Positions 11,388 through 24,055 of a stretch of DNA of 64,000 nucleotides are shown here, one piece after another. The notes beneath the pieces were generated by a model. It did not search any database. It was not told the DNA's origin and worked only from the letters and a program-made list of their open reading frames with translations. The DNA is from Octopus sinensis (Eukaryota): NCBI RefSeq assembly GCF_006345805.1, contig NC_043021.1, positions 13,454,001-13,518,000 of the forward strand, written 5' to 3'. Both the position numbers and the translations under genes were made by a program. Positions within the stretch are counted from its first letter, which is position 1. Every line of letters starts with the position of its first letter.

Positions 11388-12764
11388 AAAGGGTATAGTT
11401 ACATCTGACCCTTTATATTGTAGTTGTGACATTTGATGTTTTGTAACAGGATTTAAACAAAGATGCCCCTCTCCCCATTGTAGCGATCGTGTCACTTTTT
11501 TCCTGCAATGTGTAACGACAAGAAAGACACACACACACGCATGAACGCACGTAGATGTGGTTCACAAGACACCTATACATGTCCTGCTGTGGCTAATGAC
11601 AAAAGCAAAATTATTATTGTAATTGTTGTTCATCAGTTTCCATGAATGAATAAACACAAATCATAACAGAAAAGATTAGATATGATATGCATGCAACACA
11701 CACTCAGAACATACAGATGAAAGAACTGCCATTAAGCATTTTGCTCTTCATGCTAACAATCCTTCCAGCTTACTATCTTAAAACCAAGAAATACTAGTTT
11801 CAAATTTTGGCACAAGGCCAGCAATTTGGGGGGAGGATCTAAGTCGATTAGACAGACCCCAGTGTGTAACTGGTACTTATTTTATCAAATCCCAAAAGGA
11901 TAAAAAGCAAGGTTGACCTCAGAGATATTTGAATTCTGAACGTAATTTAGTGGTTCGGCCAAGAACCTAGTGAGGTTACCATACGGCTTGTATGACTAAG
12001 ATACCCATTGACTGAGTGAGGCTGCTGCAGAGAGGGGGACAATTTTATGCTAAGAGATGAGAGGTTAGAATAAGAGAGAAGAGACCAGAGCATTTTACCC
12101 AGTGTGTTAAAAAGGTCTGCCAGTCTGCTGCCTTGAAAACAAGAAAAATAGACCCTCAATAGTAACTTTTCAGTTTTAAAATATATATTGAAACTTAAAA
12201 CACATCCTAAACAGCTTAAAAAATGACATCAATGATCGCATTGAACAATACAGCCATCTTACATACACGGTCTGACAAAGAAAAAAACAATTTTTAAAAA
12301 AATGACACGGTAATGGATGGAAGGATGCTGATCCATAGGTTTGCCCAGTCAAGGTTGACCTGGGGCTAAAAAAAAAATAACAGCAACAAATTGATTGAAT
12401 GTTCTTGTTCCAACTGTTTCTTCAAATCAATGTGGCTACTGAGGCCTTGTTTTGATTCAGTGATTTCTGTATTTTTAAACATTGGCGTACTTTTATGATT
12501 GTTGCAGTCAGCTTCTTCACATACATCAATATGAGGGGATGGTTGTTTTCGTCGTTGTTGTTGTTGTTGTTGCGGTGGTGGTGGTGGTGGTGTTGCTGGA
12601 GGTGGCGGTGGTAGTTTGTTGCCAGTTATTAGAGTTTTTCTAATTGTTTTGCATTATTATCGAAACAGTTGCTTTCGTTGTTATTGGATAATATTTTACA
12701 ATATGCATGAATTGCTGTGCATGTCTTTGCTGTGTGTGCATGTATATACATACATATATATATA

Positions 12765-12801
<37 letters not shown>

Positions 12802-12802
<1 letters not shown>

Positions 12803-13324
12803 GAGCAAAATGGCTCCCATCCAATGGACGGTGCTGAATCATATCTGCTGAATAAAAAGCAATCAGTGTTTTCTTTTCATTAAAAAATAATTAAGCATGC
12901 CTTTATTCTAATAAAATTTTTGGTTTCGTTAAACGAAATTAAGGCAAAAAAAACTTCTTGAGAAACCAAATAGTCTTTCCTTCCTTTAAAGAAAAGTTTG
13001 AAGAAAATATCTCTTTTGCATCTTACTTTTTTGGTCTCTTAAATATACTGCATTTTGTGGCATTATTTCAAGCCAGCCGGCTTTTTTTGCACAAACTGCA
13101 CATGCATTTTTCTTGCATACGCATAGTATCGATTGATACAGCTGATGTACTTGCATGTACAAATGCACATTCCCATGGCTTTATCAATGTAATCTTTTCA
13201 AGACTTATACATGCCCTGATACCATCAGTATCTACATATCTAATTTGAGCGCAATCGGATGGAGGATGCCCGAAATCCAAGAAAACACACACACAGACAG
13301 ACAGAACAGATTTTATATAATAGA
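12802..13324 (-). mobile_element. Non-autonomous Helitron-like element
   Basis: The minus strand starts A|TCTATTATATAAAA, contains an (ACAG)n tract, and ends CTCG|T after an imperfect hairpin (CCGTCCATTGGATGG). Confidence 0.5.
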
Positions 13325-13384
13325 TATATACTTGTTTAAGTATATATATATACACAAAAATTATTATAATTATAAACATAATTA

Positions 13385-13640
13385 TAATTAAGGCTTAGCA
13401 AAATTGCTTCACCACATATCGAAATTTAGAAATAACAGTTAAATACTATTCTACTACCATAAGATATCTCCCAGACAGCAATACTCTCAACTCACAGAGG
13501 CAAAGAGAAAAAAATAACGAATCCACCCAGCTTTGATTAACTATATACACGTTTCTGGATTGAAGATATGTAAAATAACTCATACCTTATTTCTGTCATC
13601 AGAATAGTATTTCAATTATAAATTTGAGAGCACTAGTTAT
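13385..13640 (-). mobile_element. Probable Penelope-like remnant with hammerhead-like core
   Basis: The left end matches 5757-5820. The minus strand has CTGATGA...GAAACGTGTA at 13540-13608. Confidence 0.4.
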
Positions 13641-13749
13641 CAAGATATTTATTCGACCAAGCACCATTGGACAAAATTAATATCCCAAAAACCAGTACTT
13701 CTGAATTTATACAGACAAATTATATATATCTATGTATATATACGTACAC

Positions 13750-14165
13750 TTTTACTTGTTTCAGTCATTTGACGGCGGCCATGCTGGAGCACCACCTTTA
13801 GTCGAACAAATCAACCCCAGGGCTTATTCTTTGTAAGCCTAGTACTTACTCTATCATTCCCTATTTGCCGAACCACTAAATTACAGGAACTTAAACACAC
13901 CAATATCGGCTGTCAAGCAATGGTGGGAGACAAACACAAATACACACATTAAACATATACATACACACACACACACATATATAAATATATATATATATAT
14001 ACAACAGGCTTCTTTCAGTTTCTGTCAACCAAATCCACTCACAAGGCTATGGTCGGCCTGAGCTACAGTAGGAGACGCTTGCGCAAGGTTCCACACAGTG
14101 GTACTGAACTCAGAACCATGTGGTTGGGAGGCAAAGTTCTTACCACACAGCCCAGCCACTCCTGC
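13750..14165 (-). mobile_element. SINE family A
   Basis: Full reverse-orientation copy. Confidence 0.85.
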
Positions 14166-14694
14166 ATCTATATATATATATACATATATATTTATTTTAT
14201 CTAGTTTCAGCTCACGAGTTGTGGCCATGCTGGGGCACCACCATATATATATATATACATATTTTATTCATATTGAGAGAGATATCTCATTTATTCAAGC
14301 CTACCACATGGGACATTGGTGTTTGTCTCCTCTTTGAATGGTGTTTTCATCCAAGAAGGAAACAAACACCAACACCCCCATGTGACAAACTTGAATAATG
14401 ATTGTAAGACATCTCTCTCAGCATGTAACCAATGGTAGCCTAATTAATCCACAATTAAAGAATATTTATCCGTCAATGCAGTGGTGAACACTCATTCCAA
14501 CTGTTCAATATTAACGTGCTTGCGTGTGTGTGTATGTGTGTGTCTGTGTGTTTGTGCGTGCATGTGTGCACTACACCACATGGTTCTGGATTCAGTTCCA
14601 CTGTGTGGCACCTTGGACAAGTGTCTTCTACAATAACATGGGCCAACCAAGGCCTTGTGAGCAGATTTGACAGACAGAAACTGAAAGAAGCCAG

Positions 14695-14726
<32 letters not shown>

Positions 14727-14851
14727 ACGCCTGTATTTGTCTCCCACTACAGCTTGACAACTGGTGTTGGTTTATTTACATCCCCATAACATAGCAGTTT
14801 GGCAAAAAGAGACCAACAGAATAAATATCAGGCCAAAAAGGAAAAGAGAAG

Positions 14852-15279
14852 TATTTTGTCCAGGGGGGGATTTTGTCCGGGAGGGGGGATTTTGTCCAGG
14901 AGGGGGGATTTTGTCAGGGACGAGGGATTTTGTCAGGGAGGGAGGATTTTGTCCAGGAGGGGGATTTTGTCCAGGAAGGGGATTTTGTCCGGGAGGAGGG
15001 ATTTTGTCAGGGAGGGAGGATTTTGTCCAGGAGGGGGATTTTGTCAGGGAGGGAGGATTTTGTCCAGGAGGGGGGATTTTGTTAGGGAGGAGGGATTTTG
15101 TCAGGGAAGGGGGATTTTGTCCAGGAGGGGGGATTTTGTCCAGGAGGGGGATTTTGTCCGGGAGGGAGGATTTTGTCCAGGAGGGGGGATTTTGTCCAGG
15201 AGGGAGGATTTTGTCCAGGAGGGGGGATTTTGTCAGGGAGGAGGGATTTGTCTGGGAGGAGGGATTTTGTCCTAGTACC
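14852..15279. repeat. G-rich minisatellite, ~23 units of 18-20 bp (GGATTTTGTCCAGGAGGGG)
   Basis: Direct count of TTTGT recurrences; the array ends TGTCCTAGTACC. Confidence 0.95.
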
Positions 15280-16394
15280 ATGTGTTTTTGTGTATTAAAG
15301 TGTGTGTGAGTGTATGTATGTTTGTTTAGTAAAGTGTGTGTGTATGTGTGTATGTGTGTGTATGTATGTGTGTGTGTGTATGTGTGTGTATGTGTGTGTA
15401 TGTGTGTGTGTGTAGTCTGCATGTTAATACACATGTTTGCATGTTTTGTGCATTAAAAAAACATCTTAATGTACAAACCATGCGATCATGTATATTAAAA
15501 TAGGCACATACATGCAAACTAGACACACACACACACACACACATGCCTGAACACACACACACTCTTTACTAAACACACACACATACACATTCTTTACTAC
15601 ATAAACACATACACTCACATACATACACCTCTATACATATACAGGATTATATTGACACAAAAAATGTTTTGTTTCTTTTCTTCCCTTCTTCCATCTCTCC
15701 CTCCCTCTTTCTTTGCTCAGTCCCTCTCTCTCTCTCTCTCTCTCTTTCACTTTCCTTGCTACGTCTCTCGCTTTCTCTTTTCCTCTCTCTCCTTCTTTAC
15801 TGTGTCTCTTTCTCTCAATAATTCTTTTTCTCCTGTCCTATCTCTCTTTTCCAATATTTCTTTTACTTCATCTTCATCTCTCTCTCCCTTCCTACCTTTC
15901 TTTTTTTCCAATGATTCTTCTCCCCCCCATCCTCTCTCTCTCTCTCTCTCTCCCCATCCTTCTCCCTCTCAATATTTCTTTTACTTCATCCTTCTCTATC
16001 TCTCTTCCTCCTCTCTCCCTCCCTCCCTCTCCAACCCACCTCTCTCAATAATTCTTTTCCAGTTCAGACAATCTTATGTAATATACACTTCATCAGATTA
16101 ACTGCTAGACACTGTTTTAATGTCTTATATTACTACCGCCTCCTCCACTCCATCTTCCAGACAATAAGCCCTCATTATTATTGTTGATTGTGGTGGCGGT
16201 GGCGGTGGTGGTGGTGGAGAATACCAGGAAAAAATAAAATTTCTTCTGAACTAAAGTCCAGCTGCATTTTTGTCTGGGATAGGTTTCACTCAATTACTGG
16301 GATTAGTTTAAGCCACCACACTCCTTCCGCCAAAATTTGTCACATTATCTCCATGACAAAAATCTTTATTAGCTCAGCAAGAATTATGGAAGGC

Positions 16395-16640
16395 AGTGGC
16401 AAGCTGGCAGAATCGCTAGCATGCCGGACAGAAATGCTTTTAACAGCAGTTCGTCCATCTTTATATTCAGTGTTCAAATTTCACTGATGTCGGCTTTGCC
16501 TTTCATCTTTTCGGGGTCAATGAAAATAAGGACCAGTGGAGCACTGGAGTTGATGGAATCAACTAGTACTCTTCTACAAAATTTCAGGCCTTGTGCCTAT
16601 AGTAGAAAGGATTATTATCATTATTATTATTACTATTATG
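16395..16640 (+). mobile_element. SINE family C with (ATT)n tail
   Basis: GGCAAGCTGGCAGAATCGCTAGC head, GTTCAAATT B box, tail GGCCTTGTGCCTATAGTAGAAAGG(ATT)n. Confidence 0.85.
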
Positions 16641-16645
16641 GCACA

Positions 16646-16960
16646 TAAAAAGCACCATCTGAACGTGGCCGATGCCAGCACCACCTAGACTGGCTTCCGT
16701 GCCGGTGGCACGTAAAATGCACCAATCCGATCGTGGCCGTTGCCAGCCTCGCCTGGCACCTGTGCAGCTGGCATGTAAAAAGCACCCACTACACTCACGG
16801 AGTGGTTGGCATTAGGAAGGGCATCCAGCTGGAGAAACACTGCCAGATCAGACTGGAGCCTGGTGCAGCCTTCTGGCTTCCCAGATCCCCGGTCGAACCG
16901 TCCAACCCATGCTAGCATGGAGAACGGACGTTAAACGATGATGATGATGATGATGATTAT
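16646..16960 (+). mobile_element. 3' UTR of an RTE LINE (or partner SINE) with internal tandem units and (GAT)n tail
   Basis: Same sequence as the UTR joined to an RTE ORF end at 54028-54648; three ~65-bp units precede AGGAAGGGCATCCAGC. Confidence 0.85.
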
Positions 16961-17086
16961 TATTATTATTAAGAAGGTGGTGAGGTGGCAGAATCATTAG
17001 TACGCTGGGCAAAATGCTTAGCAGTATTTCGTCTGCCACTATGTTCTGACTTCAAATTCAGCCGAGGTCAACTTTGCCTTTCATCC

Positions 17087-17260
17087 GATGAAGACATTCG
17101 AAGGGATGCCGACACAAGACCGCTTAACAAAATCATCACAGAATGGAGATTAAAACTAGCAAGTTACATAGTTTGGCTACCAAAATGACACCAAAAAGCT
17201 TTCAAGTGGACACCACTGGAAGGAAAAAGAAAAGCAACAAGTACATGGTGCACAATATGT
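17087..17260 (+). pseudogene. RTE-clade LINE C-terminal fragment fused to a truncated SINE-C
   Basis: DEDIRRDADTRPLNKIITEWRLKLASYIVWLPK*HQKAFKWTPLEGKRKATSTW resembles the RTE N.EIRRR..RL...WTP.GKR...TW segment. Confidence 0.7.
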
Positions 17261-17907
17261 AGGTTTTGGCTGCCCTGCAGTAGCTATAGTGACTGACCCC
17301 TTCCTTAAATACAACATTCCTTCAATCACAGCAAACACAAGTATAATATGGTGGTGGTCCTGTAAGGTCCACAGACCCCACACTATACCACTGACAAGCA
17401 ATCCCCAGTAGTTGACTGGTATTTTATTTTCTTAATGCCCCAGAGGAATGTAAGATAAAGTTGACATAGGAGGGATTTGAACCCAGAAGGTAACAAGGGA
17501 TTTTTGCCTGACACTCTACCGATTCAACCAATTCACCACAGTGACAATTATTATGAAGACACTGCTAAAAATAGCAGTGAAGTAACCCTTAAATTACACT
17601 CTATATTCCTGAAAAAGAGACATACACACTGAATGATATATTCCCAAGTAGCCAGGGCATAACAAACCAGGGAATAATAAATATGAGAATATCCCTGGTA
17701 TAAAGAACAGAATGAGAAGAATCTGTCCTGTGCATTTGTTTCACAATTCTAAGAATATTACCAAATATGAAAGAGACTACAACAAGGCTGGTGCCACCAG
17801 CTGTAACTATGTGACTGGGGGAAAAAAAACCTTCAGAAAAATTACTGCATGGTCATGGGTGGATTGCCTTTGTTTATAGGTCTAGTTCATCAGAGCAGTT
17901 TTGTGAT

Positions 17908-17938
<31 letters not shown>

Positions 17939-18280
17939 ACATATCATTTTGCGTTTTATGAAGAGAAATCACAAGGACTGTGGGATGGTGAAGTGACTCT
18001 TATGGACAAGTAGTTCTTAGGATAAACAATAAATTGATATCATATAAATATATATAAACATAGGCACAGGAGTGGCTGTGTGGTAAGTAGCTTACTTACT
18101 AACCACACGGTTCCGGGTTCAGTCCCACTGTGTGGCAGCTTGGTCAGGTGTCTTCTACTATAGCCTCAGGCCAACCAAAGTCTTGTGAGTGGATTTGTTA
18201 GATGAAAACTGAAAATGTAAATATTTTCTTACTTTTATCCAAAATTAATTTCACAAATTTGTCTTCACTTTGTTTTTTAA

Positions 18281-18501
18281 CCCTTTCGATACCAATCCAG
18301 CTGAAACTGCCGCTGGCAGTGTAGTACAAATGTCTTGTTTTCGTAAGCTTTGAATTAAAATCTTCCACCAAACCTTAGTCACAATTTATGTTCCTAACAC
18401 TAGCTTAATGATAACTAAGTTATTTACTAAATTCTTTGTTGTATTTAAAATTAATTGAAAGAAACACAGAGCCTCTCAATAGAAATATGGTAACAAAAGG
18501 G
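18281..18501. mobile_element. piggyBac-type MITE
   Basis: TTAA|CCCTTTCGATACCA...TGGTAACAAAAGGG|TTAA. A truncated left end of the same family lies near 56300. Confidence 0.8.
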
Positions 18502-18972
18502 TTAATATATATATACACTACTACTGATGCTATATAAAAAGTACTTGCAGGTGCCACACAAAAAGCACCCATTACACTCTGTGTAAGGGTTGGTGTTAGG
18601 AAGGGCATCCAGCTACAAAAACCATGCCTAACTAAACATGATAGATAGATGGATGGATGGATGGATGATGATAATATCTCTTGATATTTTGACACTCCTT
18701 GTAAGTATGGGAGATAACTACACATATATTTTGGTCTTATTAGACCTCCACAGTGAAAGACCAAAACATGTCTACGGTTGTCTCTTATGATGTCAAAATA
18801 CTATTCAAACCATTATTAGTCAATGACTAATATAAATGTTTCTTCCCCAAAAATAAATTCTAAATTCGTTTTTCAATTTCTATTTGCATGAAGCATTGAA
18901 ATGCTACCATTTGCCAAACTATTGTTCCTCCATGAGGATGGAGTCTAAGAATAAATTATTCTTTGAATACCC

Positions 18973-19014
<42 letters not shown>

Positions 19015-19061
19015 ATATATGTATGTGTGTGTGTGTGTGTGTGTGCATGTATGTATCTTTG

Positions 19062-19097
<36 letters not shown>

Positions 19098-19153
19098 CAC
19101 ATACATGTGTTTATATATGCACATGTGTATGTATATATATATATGTATATACA

Positions 19154-19184
<31 letters not shown>

Positions 19185-19189
19185 CACAC

Positions 19190-19227
<38 letters not shown>

Positions 19228-19789
19228 GACACATTATACAGAGAGAGAGAGAAAACTAGATAGATTTGTGTGTATGTACATAGATATGTCTGTAAATGCA
19301 TGTATATAAATGCAAGTATTTATATATCTATATCTATATATATATATATACACACATACAAAGACACACACACACACACATACATATACTACAGACATCA
19401 TACACTTAACAAGTACTGCATCTATACTACTTTAAGGGAATATAGTTCACACACATAAATATGCATATATACATGTAGGACAAGTACACACACACACGCA
19501 CACACACACCACACATACACACAGATGTACAGATAGAAGCAGTGTGTATGACCTAGATCCATAACAGATTAGAGTCTTGTAAACACAAATAAGTCTTTGA
19601 AAGCAAAACAACTAGATTCTCTCGCAGACTTTTAACACACAAACATAAATGATTAGTTATGTACTAGTTTTTAGTTAGCAGCAGCAAAAATAATAATAAT
19701 TAATAATAATAATAATAATAATATAATAATAATAATAATAATAATAATGATAATAATAATAATAATAATAACAAAAATGATAATAATAA

Positions 19790-20021
19790 TGGTTTCAGAT
19801 TTTGCCACGAGGGCAGCAATTTGGGGCGGGGAGGGGAGGAGTCGATTACATTGAGCCCCAGTGTTTAACTGGTACTTATTTTATCAACCCCGAAAGGATG
19901 AAAGGTACAGTCGACTTTGGCAGAATTTGAACTCAGAACGTAGCAACGGGTGAAATACTTCTAAGCATTTTGTCCAGCGTGCTAACGATTCTACTAGCTC
20001 ACCACCTTAATAATAATAATG

Positions 20022-20068
<47 letters not shown>

Positions 20069-20500
20069 CCTTTCTACTATAGGCACAAGGCCTGAAATTT
20101 TGGGGGAGGGGTTTAGTCGATTAGATTGACCTCCCCACCCCCTCCATGTTCAACTGGTACATATTTTATCAATCATGAAAGAATGAAAGGCAAAGTCAAC
20201 CTTGGCAGAATTTGAACTCAGAATGTAAAGACAGAGGAAATGCCATGAAGCATTTTGCCTGGCATGCTAATGTTTCTGCCAGCTGGCTGCCTCAATAATA
20301 ATAATAATAATAATAATAATCCTGAAATTTGGGGGAGGGGTATAGTTGACCCCAGTACATTGACCCCAGTACTCAACTGGTACTTAATTTATCAATCCCA
20401 AAAGGATGAAAGGCAAAGTTGACTTCAGGGGAATTTGAACTCAGAACGTAGTGGCAGACAAAATGCCACTAAGCATTTCACCCAGTGTGCTAAAGATTGT
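19790..20500 (-). mobile_element. Three head-to-tail SINE-C copies embedded in (TAA)n
   Basis: Copies at about 19790-20008, 20068-20292 and 20320-20498, separated by (AAT)n. Confidence 0.9.
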
Positions 20501-20510
20501 GACGACGACG

Positions 20511-20636
20511 ATAAATAACAATAGGCCAGATATAGTCATCAGAGATCATCAAGAAAAAAACTGTTTTCTAACTGATGTATCAATACCAACAAATGACAAT
20601 GTTTCTCTAAAAGAAATGGAGAAACTTTCAAAATAA
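20511..20636 (+). pseudogene. Restriction-like endonuclease (PD-D/ExK) fragment of an R4/Dong-type non-LTR retrotransposon
   Basis: NNRPDIVIRDHQEKNCFLTDVSIPTNDNVSLKEMEKLSK matches the RPDI..D..P....KE.EK..KY pattern. Confidence 0.75.
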
Positions 20637-21362
20637 AATTATATTATATATTATATATATAATATAATGCATATACATCTATATATTTATTTATGCATGT
20701 ATGTATATATAGATAAATAGGTAGACTGATAGATATGCACAGACAGACAGAGAGACAGAAAGATAGATATATTTATATATGATCTGTGCAAAAATATATA
20801 TATACATAATCACAAACACAAATATAAACTTATACATACGCACACATCTATATGTCTATATATGACATGTAAACACCCAAAGACTGTCAATTTATGTCAC
20901 TTTGCAAGAATGTCTAGCCAACTTCCTCATTGTCTAATTCTACAATCTTCAATGCTAACGTCAACCCTCCAGCCATGACTACAACATCTAAATCTGTTAG
21001 TCAGAGAATACATTCACACAAGCTAAATGAGACATCCATATACTTGAAAATTACAATAAATTAAACCAAGTTTTAATGCTTGGATACATATAAATAACAC
21101 AAGTTGTATTTGGCTGATGTGAACTGTTAGACAGGTGGGAGTGTGTGTGTGTGAGTGTGTGCATATACATATATATATATATGGCGCACAAGTGGCTGTG
21201 AGGTAAGTAGCTTGCTTACCAGCCACATAGTTCTGGGTTCACTCCCATTGCGTGGTACTTTGGGCAAGTGTCTTCTACTATAGCCTTGGCCCAACCAAAG
21301 CCTTGTGAGTGGATTTGGTAGACAGAAACTGAAAGAAGCCCGACATATATATGTATGTATAT

Positions 21363-21394
<32 letters not shown>

Positions 21395-21868
21395 CAACTT
21401 ATAAATAAGGGCAAACGAAAAAATTTCTAATGCCAAATATGCTGAAATTGGAACTATTTTCCATAACCATATAATTTTTCACAATATACACGCTACTCGA
21501 AAATAGGTCGACAGAAATTTCTAAAAAATACCTTTAAAGGCCATTGATAAAATTTTTTTTCGAAAAAATTTTATTCTACATTAAATATATATATATATAT
21601 CATCATCATCATCATCATCATTTCATCATTTAGCGTCCGTTTTCCATGCTAGCATGGGTTGGACGGTTCAACTGGGGTCTGTGAAGCCGGAAGGCTTCAT
21701 CAGGCCCAGTCAGATCTGGCAGTGTTTTGACTGGGCCTATATATATATATGTATGTATGTGTATATGTTTGTGTGTTTGGGCCCCATCTGCAAGGTCATG
21801 TGCTGTTTATCTCACTCAATAATGATGATAATAATATGGAAAATTTGAAAGTACTAAATTGACATTGA

Positions 21869-22060
21869 CCCTTTAGCATTCAAACCATACATATTCAGTC
21901 AAAATATTCTCCCCAGCTTCTCTTCCCTACCTTGTTGCAATGTCATTGTAAGAATTTAAAAGAAAAACAAATCAGAGCCAATGCATGATTTAAATCAAAA
22001 CAATGTGATTAAATAAGCATAATATTTGATAGAATGATCTAAATTGTGAGTGCTAAAGGG
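21869..22060. mobile_element. piggyBac-type MITE
   Basis: TTGA|CCCTTTAGCATTCA...TGAGTGCTAAAGGG|TTAA. Confidence 0.7.
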
Positions 22061-22187
22061 TTAAATTGCCCCCAACTTCCCTACCCTACCTGGCAAATCC
22101 TCCACCTGCGTATTTGAGTACAGTGAGGTCATTCACCCACGCACCCTATACCACTAGCAAGAGCAACAATAATAATAACAATAATAG

Positions 22188-22497
22188 TGAAGGCGCATGG
22201 GTCAGTGGTTAGAGCGTCGAGCTTATGATCGGCTGCGTGTTGTGTTCTTTAGCAAGACACTTTATTTCACGTTGCTCCAGTTCACTCAGCTGTAGAGGTG
22301 GGTTGCGACGTCACAGGTGCTAAGCTGTATCTGCTGTTGCCTTTCCCTTGTATAATACTGGTGGCATGGAGAGGGGAGGCCGGTATGTATGGGCGGCTGC
22401 TGGTCTTCCATAAACAACCTTGCCCAGACTTGTGCCTGGGAGGGTAACTTTCTAGGTGTAATCCGATGGTCAGTCATGACCAAAGGGGGTCTCCTCC
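22188..22497 (+). mobile_element. tRNA-headed CORE-like SINE
   Basis: Head GGCGCATGGGTCAGTGGTTAGAGCG; body TGTGTTCTTTAGCAAGACACTTTATTTCACGTTGCTCCAGTTCACTCAGCTG, partly shared with 41215-41250. Confidence 0.7.
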
Positions 22498-22546
22498 TCC
22501 TCAATAATAATAATAATAATAATAATAATATAATAATAATAATAAT

Positions 22547-23209
22547 CCTTTCTACTATAGGCACAAGGCCTGAAATTTAGTGGAGAGGGTTAGCCAATCA
22601 CATCAACCCACTGTTTCACTGGTACTTATTTCATTGACCCCGAAAGGATGAAAGGGAAAGTCGACTCTAGTGGAATTTGAACTCAGGACATAGACACGGA
22701 CGAAATGCCAATAAGCATTTCACCCAGCTTGCGAACAATTCTTCTTTCTTTATTGCCCACAAGGGGCTAAACATAAAGGGGACAAACAGGGACAGACAAA
22801 GGGATTACATCGATTACATTGACCCCCAGTGCGTAACTGGTACTTAATTTATCGACCCCGAAAGGATGAAAGGCAAAGTCGATCTCGGCAGAATTTGAAC
22901 TCAAAACGTAACAGCAGACGAAATACCACTAAGCATTTCGCCCAGCGTGCTAACAATTCTGCCAGCTTACCGCCTTAACGATAACAATAATAATCCTTTC
23001 TATTATAGGGACAAGGCCTGAAATTTGGTGGGGAGGGGACTAGTCAATAACATTGACCCCAGTACTCAAAACTGGTACTTATTTTATTCACCCTGGAAAG
23101 ATCAAAGACAAAGTTGACCCGAGCAGAATTTGAACTCAGATTATAAGGATGGACAAAAGACCACTAAGCTTGTTGTCCAGCATGCTAACAATTCTGCCAG
23201 CTTGCCCTC

Positions 23210-23247
<38 letters not shown>

Positions 23248-23463
23248 CCTTTCTACTATAGGCACAAGGACTGAAATTTTGGGGGATGGGGCCAGTCAAT
23301 TAGATCAACCCCAGCACGCAACTGGTACTTAATTTATCGACCCCCACCCCCTGAAAGTATGAAAGGCAAAGTCAAGCTTGGCAGAATTTGAACTGAGAAT
23401 GTAATGACAGGCAAAAGGAACCACTAAGCTTTCTGTCCATCATGCTAACAATATCTGCCAGCT
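22547..23463 (-). mobile_element. Four head-to-tail SINE-C copies in (TAA)n
   Basis: Copies at about 22547-22740, 22746-22976, 22993-23208 and 23246-23463, with two tail variants. Confidence 0.9.
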
Positions 23464-23466
23464 TGC

Positions 23467-23503
<37 letters not shown>

Positions 23504-23859
23504 TTTAAAAGCCCACCATCCCCAGAATGAAGGTCATTAAAACTAAATTAAATTCCAGTAAAGCTAGTTTGCTTGAAATGTCCAGCCAGAACATCTGTCC
23601 ACACCATAGCAAAGCTTCTTGTTGCCTTACAGGTGAAAATACTTCACAACTGGTACCTACCTGCCTACTTACTTACCCTCCTACCTATCCACCTGCTTGC
23701 CTCACACTATTGCTCAAGCACCTCCCCACCAACAATCACTAAGAACACCACTCCACTACTAAATCTCTACCACCAATCTTAAAGTATCCACTTTTGGCTT
23801 TAGAAGTAAGCTATTCAAGGGTGAGGAGCGAGAGAGAGAGAGAGAGAGAGTGAGAGAGG

Positions 23860-24055
23860 GGGAGTGGAAAGGAGGAAGAGTTTGAGAGTGATAAAAAGAG
23901 AGAGGGAGAGAAGGAGTGGAAAGGGGGAAGAGTTTGAGAGTGATAAAGAGAGAGAGTGAGAGGGGGTGGAAAGGAGGAAGAGTTTGAGAGTGATACAGAG
24001 AAAGAGAGTGAGAGAGGGAGTGGAAAAGGGGAAGAGTTTGAGAGTGATAAAGAGA
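23860..24055. repeat. Purine-rich ~50-bp tandem repeat, 4 copies
   Basis: GAAGAGTTTGAGAGTGATA recurs four times within a GA-rich tract. Confidence 0.85.
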
